From positions 32,001 through 96,000 of the IMG/VR virus record IMGVR_UViG_3300020187_000015: DNA of 64,000 nt. One strand, written 5' to 3'. This document shows, piece after piece, positions 1 to 8,965 of this stretch (position 1 is its first letter; each line of letters opens with the position of its first letter). The notes below the pieces were generated by a model that had not been told where the DNA came from, did not search any database, and saw nothing but the letters and a program-made list of their open reading frames with translations. The translations under genes were made by a program, and so were the position numbers. The stretch is from a virus.

Positions 1-1985
1 ATTAAATTTGACACTGGACTCAAAGAGCCGTTTTTATTTATAAAGTTTGAAAATTCGCCTCCTACTAAAATTTTTCCTAATGAAGCGGGGCTTGTGTTAG
101 TTTGGTAGTAGCCTCTGAATGTTGTGTTGACCTCTATTGTTTCAACTGGTCCGTCTACGCCCTTACCAAAGAAAAGGTCGTTTGAATTAAATGGGTCTTT
201 TAATATTGTATTATTATAAAGATCTAGTGCAAAGAGATTAGAAACATCATAGCTTTCGCCATTTAGTTCTACACCAGTAAATGCTCCACCTATAATCAAT
301 CTTGTTGAATCAAAGGCTCCATATATATAATTTGCATCATTTATCTTTCCGCTAACTTTTAAACTGTAAGGAAGTTGAATTTCATCACCAATCGGAGAAT
401 AAGTATTGGAATATTTTTCACTAAATTCTGATGTTATACCAGTTAGGTTTTCGATTTCTGGTGGCGTATAAGAGTATTTCCAACTATTGTTAATTACCGT
501 TGGGTTTTTTCTATTCGTTCCTGTGTTTATCGGCTTGGAATTGTGAAATTCTCTGATAGAATCAAATATAAGGTTAGCATTATTTTCATACGGATTAATA
601 TTATATATATTGGACTCAGAGGCTAATCCTTGTGAATTTCCACAGGCTATAGATGCTACATGCATCCCATGATTACTTTGTGACGAGTTTTGTGGATTGT
701 AGCTGTATCCTGGCCACCAAGTTCTTTGTGTAACTCTACTGCTCGGTCCGTAAACGAAATTAGAGGTCCCAGAAGCTGATGAGATAAGATCAAAAGCTGC
801 AGTATAAATATCTTCTCTAAAACGGAGAGGACTACTAATAAGGGATGTAGAAGGGTCAGAAGTATGTATAATATCTGGGGCAACGTATTTTCTATAATTT
901 AAGGCCCCTCTAGCGGAATTTAATATGTAACGAAAATCTAATGGCCTATTTTTAACAAAATATCTACCTTCATATTCTTCATTCAAAACAATTTGAACAT
1001 CTGACTGAAGCGAAATTACTTCGTGCTGTGTAGAATCATCTCTATATGGAATAATCTTATATTCATTTGACATGACTCCATCATTAGAGTATTCGCTACT
1101 GTTATAAGAGGGTGACGAATAGAAATATTGCGAGTAATCAATGCAGGAGTACTCAAAATTATATTGATAGCCACTATCAAGTATAGATGGCTTTGGCATA
1201 GTTTTTGTAGCGATATTAGGATAGTATCCGCTTTTGAGAGCCAATGTAATGTCTGTACTAGTCAATCCAAAACAGTATAATCTCACCATATCTTCACGAG
1301 GGGTGCTTTCTACGTCTGAATAGAAATGAGTAAGCGGCGTAGTTTGCGCGAATCGATCAAAATACCTGTTTAAAACTCTACCAGTTGGAAATGAATCACC
1401 ACTTACAATAATTTTTTCGGGCAATCTTTCTACGTCTGATCTTACCCTGGATGTATGTTTTTTAAATTCTATATGGTAGGGGTCAAGATCTCCATCTACT
1501 ATAACAACATCGACATCTTTGCCCTTGTTGGAGTCTATTTCGGATGTCGATATAGAACGCGTTGTAATATAGTTACCTAGTTTTTGTTGGTCTACAAAAA
1601 AATATGCCGTTCGATAGTTAAAGGCCCCATTTGAAGAATAAAATTTGTAGGAATCTGTGTTCGAACCATTAATAGCAGTCCTTAATCCCCAATTTGATTC
1701 GCCAAATATATAAGAAGGGTCAACGTTTGAGGTACTGCTTATTGGTACTACTTTAGCACCTAGCGCTTCTGGAGTTAAAGAAACACTTCTAACCCTTTCG
1801 TCGTTTGCAAGAGCTAATGCTTCCTCGTCATCTAAAAAATAATGCGTATTGCGGCTAATTTCTCTTCTATTTATACATTCTACACATCTGTCTGGCAAGC
1901 AATCACAATTACTAGAGCTTTCCATTTCATGATAGAATGAATTTAAATCCTCATGATTCCATAAAGTTACTATGTACTCTTTCAT
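1..1985 (-). CDS. S8 (subtilisin-like) peptidase, partial (runs off the left edge; absent from ORF track)
   Basis: Hand translation from ATG at 1985: MKEYIVTLWNHEDLNSFYHEME...ISRNTHYFL (prodomain-like); catalytic Asp motif GKDVDVVIVDG (~1496); His motif NHGMHVASIACG (~671); PTVINNSW. Frame open to the window edge; catalytic Ser not in window. Confidence 0.85.
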   Translation of the reverse strand, partial: MKEYIVTLWNHEDLNSFYHEMESSSNCDCLPDRCVECINRREISRNTHYFLDDEEALALANDERVRSVSLTPEALGAKVVPISSTSNVDPSYIFGESNWGLRTAINGSNTDSYKFYSSNGAFNYRTAYFFVDQQKLGNYITTRSISTSEIDSNKGKDVDVVIVDGDLDPYHIEFKKHTSRVRSDVERLPEKIIVSGDSFPTGRVLNRYFDRFAQTTPLTHFYSDVESTPREDMVRLYCFGLTSTDITLALKSGYYPNIATKTMPKPSILDSGYQYNFEYSCIDYSQYFYSSPSYNSSEYSNDGVMSNEYKIIPYRDDSTQHEVISLQSDVQIVLNEEYEGRYFVKNRPLDFRYILNSARGALNYRKYVAPDIIHTSDPSTSLISSPLRFREDIYTAAFDLISSASGTSNFVYGPSSRVTQRTWWPGYSYNPQNSSQSNHGMHVASIACGNSQGLASESNIYNINPYENNANLIFDSIREFHNSKPINTGTNRKNPTVINNSWKYSYTPPEIENLTGITSEFSEKYSNTYSPIGDEIQLPYSLKVSGKINDANYIYGAFDSTRLIIGGAFTGVELNGESYDVSNLFALDLYNNTILKDPFNSNDLFFGKGVDGPVETIEVNTTFRGYYQTNTSPASLGKILVGGEFSNFINKNGSLSPVSNL

Positions 1986-1991
1986 AGCTTA

Positions 1992-2756
1992 CTATAGGAA
2001 TTGTAAAATATCAAAATAACCAGTTAGGGAACTTTCTGTTTGACCAGATGTCGTGCTTATAGCAACCATCATTGATTGACCGCTATTAGTAGTATTGTTT
2101 ACAGACCCAATAAGAGATGGCGTAAACTGCACAGTCTCTCCAGAGGTCAAAATTACCTCAGTAACTAAACCAGCTCCGTTGGCTGGGTCTTGAAAGGATG
2201 GTCTACTTAGATCGCTATAATCTACGCTGTTATATAATCTTACTCTACAATCCCGATTGGCAGATACTGCATTTAAACCAACCACATCAATTCCAGAAAA
2301 GGTCTCAGTATCTATGTAATTGTATTGAGATACCCCAGTACTTATAAGGCTAGAGTTTAGAAAACCAACATTTCTCCTTGGCGTATAAGTGCTGGCTACT
2401 GGAATCGGATTAGCGGAAAGTGCCGTTTCATTTTCTACAATTGTAACTGATCCTTGTAATAGTTTCTCTGAAGTTCCGTCACTTTTATCTACAAATAAAT
2501 CATAAGAGCTTGGGCCAACAGAAAGGGCATCTGTCTGAATTTTTGAAAGTGATAATGTGACTGAGCCATCTGCTGGGTCGCCAATAACATCTATCGTAAA
2601 ATTAGCCTGTAATCCATTACCCGCATTACCTCTTATTTGAGAAGATAGAGAAGTATTAGAAAGGTCATAACTACTTCCGTTTGAGTTTTTTATTGATAAA
2701 TTTATTGAAAAAGTTGCTCTTTTTTCAATTATAAGGTTATAAATTCCTACTGCCAT
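1992..2756 (-). CDS. putative virion structural protein (Ig-like/tail-associated N-terminal domain)
   Basis: N-terminus YNLIIEKRATFSINLSIKNSNGSSYDL...YDLFVD...LLQGSVTI resembles phage tail accessory domains; preceded by the GTGTAA late motif. Confidence 0.5.
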   Translation of the reverse strand: MAVGIYNLIIEKRATFSINLSIKNSNGSSYDLSNTSLSSQIRGNAGNGLQANFTIDVIGDPADGSVTLSLSKIQTDALSVGPSSYDLFVDKSDGTSEKLLQGSVTIVENETALSANPIPVASTYTPRRNVGFLNSSLISTGVSQYNYIDTETFSGIDVVGLNAVSANRDCRVRLYNSVDYSDLSRPSFQDPANGAGLVTEVILTSGETVQFTPSLIGSVNNTTNSGQSMMVAISTTSGQTESSLTGYFDILQFL

Positions 2757-2775
2757 ATAAATATTTACACATTTA

Positions 2776-3261
2776 TCAGCCTCTTCTGCCGCCAGGAGTG
2801 AAATAAAAACCTATTATCGCCCCAAGGGTGGTGATTGCGACCAAAGCGATGTGTCCCGTAGTAATGCTTGTGGTGATTTCTGCTCCACTTGGGAACTTAA
2901 TGAGTCCCCAGATAAGATTGATTTGCTCTTTACTTTCTGGAGGGGTAAAAGTAACGAGGGTTGTATTTGGGTATAAGGTGCAGAGTACTGAGATGACGAA
3001 AAAGTTGAGCATCCCCATAAAAGCAATGAGGCGGCGAGTAGTCCTAGTGAAAATACCAGTGTCTTTATCGGTTTCGCCAACGAGCATTTTTTGAAACTCA
3101 ATATCCATTTCACGAACCTGCATATCTCTAATAAGCTCTCTGCGCTCTTTGGCTGCTTTGGCTTCTGAAATCCCCTGAAAGGCGCCACCAACAATCTTAA
3201 GCATACTGCCCATGCCAGTCGCCCCAAGTGTAGATAGTAACATTGTGATAAGTCCAAACAT
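2776..3261 (-). CDS. membrane protein, possible 3-TM holin
   Basis: Hydrophobic Gly-rich N-terminus, charged coiled segment, two further TM helices, ends IIGFYF...GRRG; late motif upstream. Confidence 0.5.
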   Translation of the reverse strand: MFGLITMLLSTLGATGMGSMLKIVGGAFQGISEAKAAKERRELIRDMQVREMDIEFQKMLVGETDKDTGIFTRTTRRLIAFMGMLNFFVISVLCTLYPNTTLVTFTPPESKEQINLIWGLIKFPSGAEITTSITTGHIALVAITTLGAIIGFYFTPGGRRG

Positions 3262-3354
3262 ATAATGTATTTACACTTATTTGCAGACTTATTGTAATAT
3301 GTCATATATTTATGGGTTTTCTCAGTATTCTTTAAAATATAATTATCAAATATT

Positions 3355-3957
3355 TCACATCGTCTCCAAGAATTCTTTCCAATTCTCTTTGATTAATTCT
3401 TCGTCTTCAAATTTTTCTCTTTTTTCGTGCCACTCTGGATTAATCCATCCAACCTCGGCGTAATAACCTTTTCCCCTCGTATCTACGTATTCATCGTTGA
3501 GTTCTAGTTTTTCACCATTGTAGTAAAGGTCTTGAATAAATTCTCCAAAATCTGTTTCAATAACAGCAGCGGAAATAAGTTTTGAATCGAAATCTTCGGC
3601 TTCTAATTCCCAACTGCAAAAATCACCTTTCTCTGCGCTGTGAAAAATCATTACTGGAACTGAACCATGTTCAGAGTCAGTTATATAAGCTTCGCGGCTC
3701 ATAAGGCAACTTACTGGTATGTCCTCTTCAATCTCTACCTCTTCTCCATCCTTAATTTCGTAAGCGGTCAAATTAGAATCGGAATACATTCCAAAGACGT
3801 GTTCTAAATCAGCATCGTCGTAAAAGGTATCTAAAGCCTCTTCAATTAAGTCTGGATGTTCTTTGTTCGCCCATTTATTTACAAAATCTGCGTCTTTAGT
3901 GCAGAGTGCGTACTCGCCGCCATAACCAGCACCTACAATTTTAAATTTTCTTTTCAT
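3355..3957 (-). CDS. hypothetical acidic phage protein
   Basis: 200-aa ORF in the minus-strand early gene run. Confidence 0.7.
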   Translation of the reverse strand: MKRKFKIVGAGYGGEYALCTKDADFVNKWANKEHPDLIEEALDTFYDDADLEHVFGMYSDSNLTAYEIKDGEEVEIEEDIPVSCLMSREAYITDSEHGSVPVMIFHSAEKGDFCSWELEAEDFDSKLISAAVIETDFGEFIQDLYYNGEKLELNDEYVDTRGKGYYAEVGWINPEWHEKREKFEDEELIKENWKEFLETM

Positions 3958-4107
3958 TTGTTATTTATAAATTTTTTAATATGTTTTTCTTTTATTTGCG
4001 ATTGTTTTATCTGGTTATATGTAGAGATATGTTCTTTAGGTAGCAAATTAACGCGCCCATCTTCAAATTTAATCAGGATATTATTCGCCCCAACAAAGTG
4101 TTTAAAT

Positions 4108-4368
4108 TTAATACTCATCTGGATCGACTTCAAATACTTCTCCGCCAGAGATTACATTTATATGGTATTCATCATGCCAAAACAATGCGTCGATAGCTTG
4201 TTGTACTTCGAGAGGAACATTATCGCGCTCGTCAAACTCGGTGTCAGCGGCATTACAATCTTCCACTCTGTAAGCTGTATATACTACGCCATCAACCTCC
4301 ACTACTAAAGTGTGAACAGTTTTCTGGTATGTTAATTCTGGGGGTTTTACTATTTTTACTTTTTTCAT
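4108..4368 (-). CDS. hypothetical protein
   Basis: 86-aa ORF; TTGACA-N17-TAAATT upstream (4378-4406). Confidence 0.65.
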   Translation of the reverse strand: MKKVKIVKPPELTYQKTVHTLVVEVDGVVYTAYRVEDCNAADTEFDERDNVPLEVQQAIDALFWHDEYHINVISGGEVFEVDPDEY

Positions 4369-4392
4369 AATTTACATAATTTATCTTAGATT

Positions 4393-4587
4393 TTAAAAAT
4401 TGTCAAGTTTTTTTTGTTCTGCATTATTCTTTTTCCAAACTTTATGTTTATTATCAATTTCACTAGATAGGATCATTATTTTATGGTATGGCTTATACAT
4501 GATCCATGCCGTGCAGTCGTATCGCAAAAAGATCTTAGCGATCATGTCACCTGCCCAAAAGAGTATTAATGATGCTATTGTTCTCAT
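4393..4587 (-). CDS. hypothetical protein
   Basis: 64-aa ORF tightly packed with neighbours. Confidence 0.55.
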   Translation of the reverse strand: MRTIASLILFWAGDMIAKIFLRYDCTAWIMYKPYHKIMILSSEIDNKHKVWKKNNAEQKKLDNF

Positions 4588-4588
4588 T

Positions 4589-4855
4589 TTACTCTACTTC
4601 GTATTTTGAACACTTATCGATACACTCCGTGAATGTATCTTCGAATCCGTCTTTATCATTATTCCAACCATTAAAACAATAATCAAATAACCAATCGTGA
4701 ATTTCAGTCTCATCCATACCTTCGATCCATTTCTCTTTCTTGACTTTAGCTACAAGCTTATCCAAATACTGGTCTTGAATCTTACCCAATTCTTGGATAA
4801 AATCTCCAGTCTTAAATGCTTCGTCGTCTAGTTCTGCTTTGATTTTTACTTTCAT
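4589..4855 (-). CDS. hypothetical protein
   Basis: 88-aa ORF, ATGA overlap with the upstream small ORF. Confidence 0.65.
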   Translation of the reverse strand: MKVKIKAELDDEAFKTGDFIQELGKIQDQYLDKLVAKVKKEKWIEGMDETEIHDWLFDYCFNGWNNDKDGFEDTFTECIDKCSKYEVE

Positions 4856-4971
4856 AATTGTTTGTGTATATCTTTTTTCGATTGCTGCCGTTCCTTTTTA
4901 CTTTGATCGCGCTTGCGCCACTTCAGATGTTTCCACCATTCGACCTTTTTTACTATCCAAGAGCGCGGCAT
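4852..4971 (-). CDS. small basic hypothetical protein (39 aa; not in ORF track)
   Basis: MPRSWIVKKVEWWKHLKWRKRDQSKKERQQSKKDIHKQL*; fills the gap, ATGA coupling to next gene. Confidence 0.55.
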   Translation of the reverse strand: MPRSWIVKKVEWWKHLKWRKRDQSKKERQQSKKDIHKQL

Positions 4972-4975
4972 AATT

Positions 4976-5113
4976 TTATAGTAATAGTGTGACAGACGCT
5001 ACGATAGTAATTCCAACTACCATTCCAGTCATAGGACTACCTAAAAAGTATCCAACGCAACCGCAGATCGCGATAAGTGCTAAGGGTTTAATATTCTCTG
5101 ATATATATTTCAT
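4976..5113 (-). CDS. small membrane protein (45 aa; not in ORF track)
   Basis: MKYISENIKPLALIAICGCVGYFLGSPMTGMVVGITIVASVTLLL*; two hydrophobic stretches. Confidence 0.55.
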   Translation of the reverse strand: MKYISENIKPLALIAICGCVGYFLGSPMTGMVVGITIVASVTLLL

Positions 5114-5115
5114 AA

Positions 5116-5340
5116 TTATTTGTGTCTCGGTACTTTCTTATTTGCATCATCCATACCCATCGCTAACTCGAGAACCATACGCTCACTCCATCCAGCAAAC
5201 GGACCTCGCATAAAGACTTGAGTCAGTTCGTCAGGTTCGAATCTATCATACTTCTCAAGAGTCAACTTAACCCAATTGTCAGTCGCTTCTTGCCATGCAT
5301 TTTGTTTTTCTTCGTATTCATTCATACTAATTTCATCCAA
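5116..5340 (-). CDS. hypothetical protein
   Basis: ORF in operon; true start may be the ATG at 5325. Confidence 0.6.
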   Translation of the reverse strand: MDEISMNEYEEKQNAWQEATDNWVKLTLEKYDRFEPDELTQVFMRGPFAGWSERMVLELAMGMDDANKKVPRHK

Positions 5341-5621
5341 TCTGTTTTTTCATCCATTAGTTCAGTGCCATCTATTTCAAGTAATTGTTTAAGGATACCA
5401 TAGTTATTCATTCTAGTACCGTAACCTTCTTTGTGACACTTATAGACACTGCCGCTTTCGCCAATGAATAGCCAATGACCACCATCGTCTTTTACTTCAG
5501 AGATACCGCTATTAAGTTTCCAACTATCACCATCGAGATATCCACCGCTCCAGCCCGCAAGGACTTTATAGATTCCTTCTCCGACTTTTACTACTACCCA
5601 ATTGTCTGGTGTATTTTCCAT
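5322..5621 (-). CDS. conserved phage hypothetical protein
   Basis: PDNWVVVK...YKVLAGWSGGYLDGDSWKLNSGI motif, recognisable from large lytic phages. Confidence 0.75.
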   Translation of the reverse strand: MENTPDNWVVVKVGEGIYKVLAGWSGGYLDGDSWKLNSGISEVKDDGGHWLFIGESGSVYKCHKEGYGTRMNNYGILKQLLEIDGTELMDEKTDWMKLV

Positions 5622-5625
5622 TTTA

Positions 5626-6171
5626 TTACTTTACTGTGAGATAGTAAGTACCCATTCTCGATTTATCGCGTTTGATCTTTATAACAGTTAAGCCTTCTAA
5701 CTCCTTATGAACTTTACTGAGATTTGTACCTACAGCAATATACGGTCCACCACTTGGGTCAACTGAGTCTAAGCTACCATCATCCTTTCGAGAACATCCA
5801 ACATGACCATCATCTTCAAAGGAATACTCAACACAATTCTTAGATATGATAGTGAATTTTCGTTCCTCATTGTATCGGCTTTTAACTACAACATCTGGCC
5901 ATCCAGCCCAACTACCTTGAATTGGATCAGAGACACCCGAAGACACTACATCTTCAGCAGAATCAAAATCAACTTCGATTTTATCATCTGGATAAAGATG
6001 CTCTGTCATTTCTCGACCTTTTTCAAAAAAGGACTCACCTACAGAATCTGGATGATACCCCGCGGCAACGCACAGACTGTACAACTTCTCGGTCAGGACA
6101 GTCATCCCCATTGAATCGTGTTTACTTTCGTATGTAACCTTTTCTTCGTAATGCTCTATTGTAATTTTCAT
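5626..6171 (-). CDS. hypothetical protein (two small domains)
   Basis: 181-aa ORF; C-terminal VDPSGGPYI motif seen in phage proteins. Confidence 0.7.
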   Translation of the reverse strand: MKITIEHYEEKVTYESKHDSMGMTVLTEKLYSLCVAAGYHPDSVGESFFEKGREMTEHLYPDDKIEVDFDSAEDVVSSGVSDPIQGSWAGWPDVVVKSRYNEERKFTIISKNCVEYSFEDDGHVGCSRKDDGSLDSVDPSGGPYIAVGTNLSKVHKELEGLTVIKIKRDKSRMGTYYLTVK

Positions 6172-6174
6172 AAT

Positions 6175-6300
6175 TTATAGACAACTCAACCAGATACAGA
6201 GGCATACAAAAATGCACACTGAAAATACACCAATAGTAATCTTCTCGATTAATTCGAGCGAGCCGTCCTTGGTCCTTTGTTCGTTAAACGACTTTTTCAT
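6175..6300 (-). CDS. small membrane protein (41 aa; not in ORF track)
   Basis: MKKSFNEQRTKDGSLELIEKITIGVFSVCIFVCLCIWLSCL*. Confidence 0.5.
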   Translation of the reverse strand: MKKSFNEQRTKDGSLELIEKITIGVFSVCIFVCLCIWLSCL

Positions 6301-6302
6301 AA

Positions 6303-6404
6303 TTATTTCTTCTTCTCTGGATTAACATTAACTACCCACCACACAAATCTAGAGAATGCAGCAACTGAAACTACTGCGGTAATTATATATATTACTTCAC
6401 TCAT
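6303..6404 (-). CDS. small membrane peptide (33 aa; not in ORF track)
   Basis: MSEVIYIITAVVSVAAFSRFVWWVVNVNPEKKK*; ATGA overlap with upstream gene. Confidence 0.5.
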   Translation of the reverse strand: MSEVIYIITAVVSVAAFSRFVWWVVNVNPEKKK

Positions 6405-6661
6405 AATCTTTCCTCAAATTCAAGTTGTATATTCAAAGATCTCATTGCATATTTAGCAACGTGATTCAATGCTTCCATATCTTCATACTCAACATATCGA
6501 TTCCCGATAGTTCTCATATAGCAACCTTCGTTGTCTTGCATGATCCAACAGAGAGTAATACAAGTTTCCCTGTCTAAGCTCTCGCTATAAGTCCAAGCAA
6601 CAATCTCGGCGCGGCGGTCCACGGTTGCTGGTCTAAATTCAACATCTTTATATCTCATCAT
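6401..6661 (-). CDS. hypothetical protein
   Basis: ORF track gives 6401..6718; likely start at MMRYKDVEFR, since the extension overlaps the 54-aa ORF. Confidence 0.6.
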   Translation of the reverse strand: MMRYKDVEFRPATVDRRAEIVAWTYSESLDRETCITLCWIMQDNEGCYMRTIGNRYVEYEDMEALNHVAKYAMRSLNIQLEFEERL

Positions 6662-6680
6662 GATTGTTTTATATTTACAG

Positions 6681-6845
6681 TCATTTCTTGTCCAGATTTT
6701 TTTTGATGGCCTTGTCAATCTTTGGAGTCACCAAATGACCGACATGATCGTTGTGGACAAGTGCGCCGCTTGAGCGTCCCATGAGTTTTCTCTTTGTTGG
6801 ATTCGGCGCTCTTAAATCAGCACCTGGTTTTGTTTTTTTAGACAT
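6681..6845 (-). CDS. small basic protein (54 aa; not in ORF track)
   Basis: MSKKTKPGADLRAPNPTKRKLMGRSSGALVHNDHVGHLVTPKIDKAIKKNLDKK*; sigma70-type promoter 7 nt upstream. Confidence 0.6.
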   Translation of the reverse strand: MSKKTKPGADLRAPNPTKRKLMGRSSGALVHNDHVGHLVTPKIDKAIKKNLDKK

Positions 6846-6852
6846 ACAACAT

Positions 6853-6880
6853 ATAATGCCTAAAATTTAATCAATGTCAA
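6853..6880 (-). promoter_or_regulatory. sigma70-type promoter, near-leaderless
   Basis: TTGACA-N16-CATTAT-N7-ATG. Confidence 0.55.
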
Positions 6881-7113
6881 CAAAAAAAGTTTGGTTTGCT
6901 GCTTTTTTCTTTATTAAGATAATTTTTTAAAATTAAATAAGCCTCTTGTATTGTTTTGGGCTTCCACTCTGGATTAACTTCACGCATTTCTGGGAGAGCT
7001 ATTTTCTCAAAATATGTTTTGCGCAAATCAGTTATTTCGCCAGATTCAACAAAAGATTCAAGCATACAATAAGTTGATTGAAGGTTTTTATGTGTTTTGT
7101 CCAAAGGTTTCAT
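6877..7113 (-). CDS. hypothetical protein
   Basis: 78-aa ORF. Confidence 0.5.
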   Translation of the reverse strand: MKPLDKTHKNLQSTYCMLESFVESGEITDLRKTYFEKIALPEMREVNPEWKPKTIQEAYLILKNYLNKEKSSKPNFFC

Positions 7114-7279
7114 AGATAATAAACTCTGGTTGGTTATCTTTGGATTTGTACTTATTTGGGAAGACGGTTACTGGCATCTTCTTGCCATCAATAACGACGT
7201 ATCCAGCGAGATACTTGCCGTTTTTCCCATCTTTCTTCCAGAAAGCGCCGCGTTGTTGATCGGTCCATGTAGTATTCAT
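7088..7279 (-). CDS. small DUF736/PC4-like putative ssDNA-binding protein
   Basis: GAFWKKDGKNGKYLAGYV...VFPNKYK...NQPEF pattern. Confidence 0.6.
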   Translation of the reverse strand: MNTTWTDQQRGAFWKKDGKNGKYLAGYVVIDGKKMPVTVFPNKYKSKDNQPEFIIYETFGQNT

Positions 7280-7314
7280 ATGTGCAATTATAGCACATAA
7301 AACAACGTTGTCAA
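7279..7314 (-). promoter_or_regulatory. consensus sigma70 promoter with inverted repeat around -10
   Basis: TTGACA-N16-TATAAT-N7-ATG; TATGTGC/GCACATA arms flank the -10 box. Confidence 0.75.
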
Positions 7315-7556
7315 GTTAAATTCTTCCAAGCATTTTCACAATGCTTTTTATCTCTAAATAAAAAATTAATAAATTTATAAAATTTTCCTCTTACTGGTAA
7401 ATTTAATTGTTGCCAGTAGCCACAGTAGGCAGAAAAAGTTAGATTAGCATTTAAGCCAAAAACCGAGGCTAGTCCTTGCGACACAGCCTCGGCTAAATTC
7501 CAATAGTAAGACTTACCTCTCGATTTCGAGGGGTCAGCTTTTATAGTTATTCTCAT
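7311..7556 (-). CDS. hypothetical protein
   Basis: MRITIKADPSKSRGKSYYWN..., TAATG coupling to the upstream gene. Confidence 0.55.
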   Translation of the reverse strand: MRITIKADPSKSRGKSYYWNLAEAVSQGLASVFGLNANLTFSAYCGYWQQLNLPVRGKFYKFINFLFRDKKHCENAWKNLT

Positions 7557-8134
7557 TACCAAACAATAGCACTTAATTCTGCGAAACTAGTGGCGTTAGC
7601 GATTGCTTCGTTAAGTTCTTTTTCACGAGAAAATGCTGCCGACTTTCTTTGAATACCTTCCGAAATTGCTGTTTGAAACTGAGCCTTTGAAATTGTATTG
7701 TACGAACCATCGGCGTTCTTATAATCTGGGAAAGAGCCGCCGTCTGGCAGGATTTCGATAATTGTTTTTGTGTCGATGATGGTTTCTAGGTCGGCCTTAA
7801 ATTGAAAACCATCACTAGTCGTGAGAATAGAGTTGTATTCCGCATCTCTAGCTCTTTTAATCTCTGCAAACTTTCTAGATTTAAACATATCGGGATATTC
7901 AATAAATCTTTCTTCTCGTCGCTCCAGTCGTTTGATCTCCATCTTTTCTTGAAAAGTAACAACGTTATTGTTAATCAGGAAAAGTGGTTCGTCCGAAGAC
8001 TCAAAAGTTGCAGCCTTCGCATTCGAGATTTGAACGACTTCTTCAGAATTGGTATTATAAGAGCCATCTTCGTATGCATCTTCTTGCACTTCGATGATTC
8101 GTCTTGTTTCGATGTTAATTAGGGCGTTTTTCAT
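7556..8134 (-). CDS. DUF4376-like protein (tail-fibre assembly associated)
   Basis: C-terminal KFAEIKRARDAE...FQFKAD...YKNADGS...AIANATSFAELSAIVW pattern typical of DUF4376. Confidence 0.65.
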   Translation of the reverse strand: MKNALINIETRRIIEVQEDAYEDGSYNTNSEEVVQISNAKAATFESSDEPLFLINNNVVTFQEKMEIKRLERREERFIEYPDMFKSRKFAEIKRARDAEYNSILTTSDGFQFKADLETIIDTKTIIEILPDGGSFPDYKNADGSYNTISKAQFQTAISEGIQRKSAAFSREKELNEAIANATSFAELSAIVW

Positions 8135-8931
8135 AATTCGTTGATCCAGTTAAATTTTTGGTTAAGTTGTTCTGAGAGTTGGCGGCCAAGTGTTTCGTGC
8201 CAATCTTTTTTTAGTGGTTTTACTTCTTGGCGAATAACATGGTCTCCATATGGGAAACCTACATCATTTTCTTTGGTGTATTGTTCTACGTTGGAAGTGT
8301 TGTGAACGAAAGGCTCTTCTCCAAGAAACTCCCATACATTATTCATTACACTTTGTGGGTCTTCTGTTAAGTCTTCAGCATGAATAAACATTAATTTATC
8401 ACCAAATCTTTCGGCAGCTTCATGTAATCTCTCGATTGCAATACCAATTGGAGGGCTTTGTAGCCAACCTTGAGCGCGTTTATCGATAGTTGTCCAGCTT
8501 TGTGGGTTTTGTTGCTCCACTCCGTTAAAAACTTCTGGGTGCTGCTGGCGTTTCTTTTCCATGCTGGAAAGAATGCCGCGTATATCGCGGACTGGCACAA
8601 GAACCTTTGCGTCTGGCCACACCTTAAAAAGTTGATCTAGGTGACCAATCCAAGAGCGGCACTTGTCTACAACTACAGGGCGGTCTGTGATACTATTAAA
8701 TGCGTTCTCACATCCAGCCTTAACGTAATCCAAATACATAGGCTCAAGAACTTTTTCCATATCCACTGCCTTTGCCTCTTCAGTCTGAAAGACTTGGCGA
8801 GCTATGTAGCCAATTTCGTGCAAGGCACTTGTTGGTGTAGCGTGGACCCTTGGGTTCTGCGCTAGAAGATTGCAGAGCAGCGTGGAGCAAGCTCTTGGAA
8901 GACCAGATACGAAGTGTAATTTTTTACTCAT
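8131..8931 (-). CDS. sulfotransferase family protein
   Basis: 5'-PSB loop FVSGLPRACSTLL, VVDKCRSW, 3'-PB motif VRDIRGILSS, IHAEDLTEDP. Confidence 0.85.
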   Translation of the reverse strand: MSKKLHFVSGLPRACSTLLCNLLAQNPRVHATPTSALHEIGYIARQVFQTEEAKAVDMEKVLEPMYLDYVKAGCENAFNSITDRPVVVDKCRSWIGHLDQLFKVWPDAKVLVPVRDIRGILSSMEKKRQQHPEVFNGVEQQNPQSWTTIDKRAQGWLQSPPIGIAIERLHEAAERFGDKLMFIHAEDLTEDPQSVMNNVWEFLGEEPFVHNTSNVEQYTKENDVGFPYGDHVIRQEVKPLKKDWHETLGRQLSEQLNQKFNWINEL

Positions 8932-8937
8932 ATTATT

Positions 8938-8965
8938 ATGGTGTATCTAATCCTTTAAAAGTCAA
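8938..8965 (-). promoter_or_regulatory. putative sigma70-type promoter, near-leaderless
   Basis: TTGACT-N16-CACCAT-N6-ATG. Confidence 0.4.

Noticed and set aside
656-883. 75-aa minus-strand ORF in the track
   Set aside because: Out-of-frame overlap within the S8 protease gene.
700-1460. Intein in the S8 protease insert
   Set aside because: No N-terminal C/S block or C-terminal HN-[CST] motif, and no LAGLIDADG motif seen.
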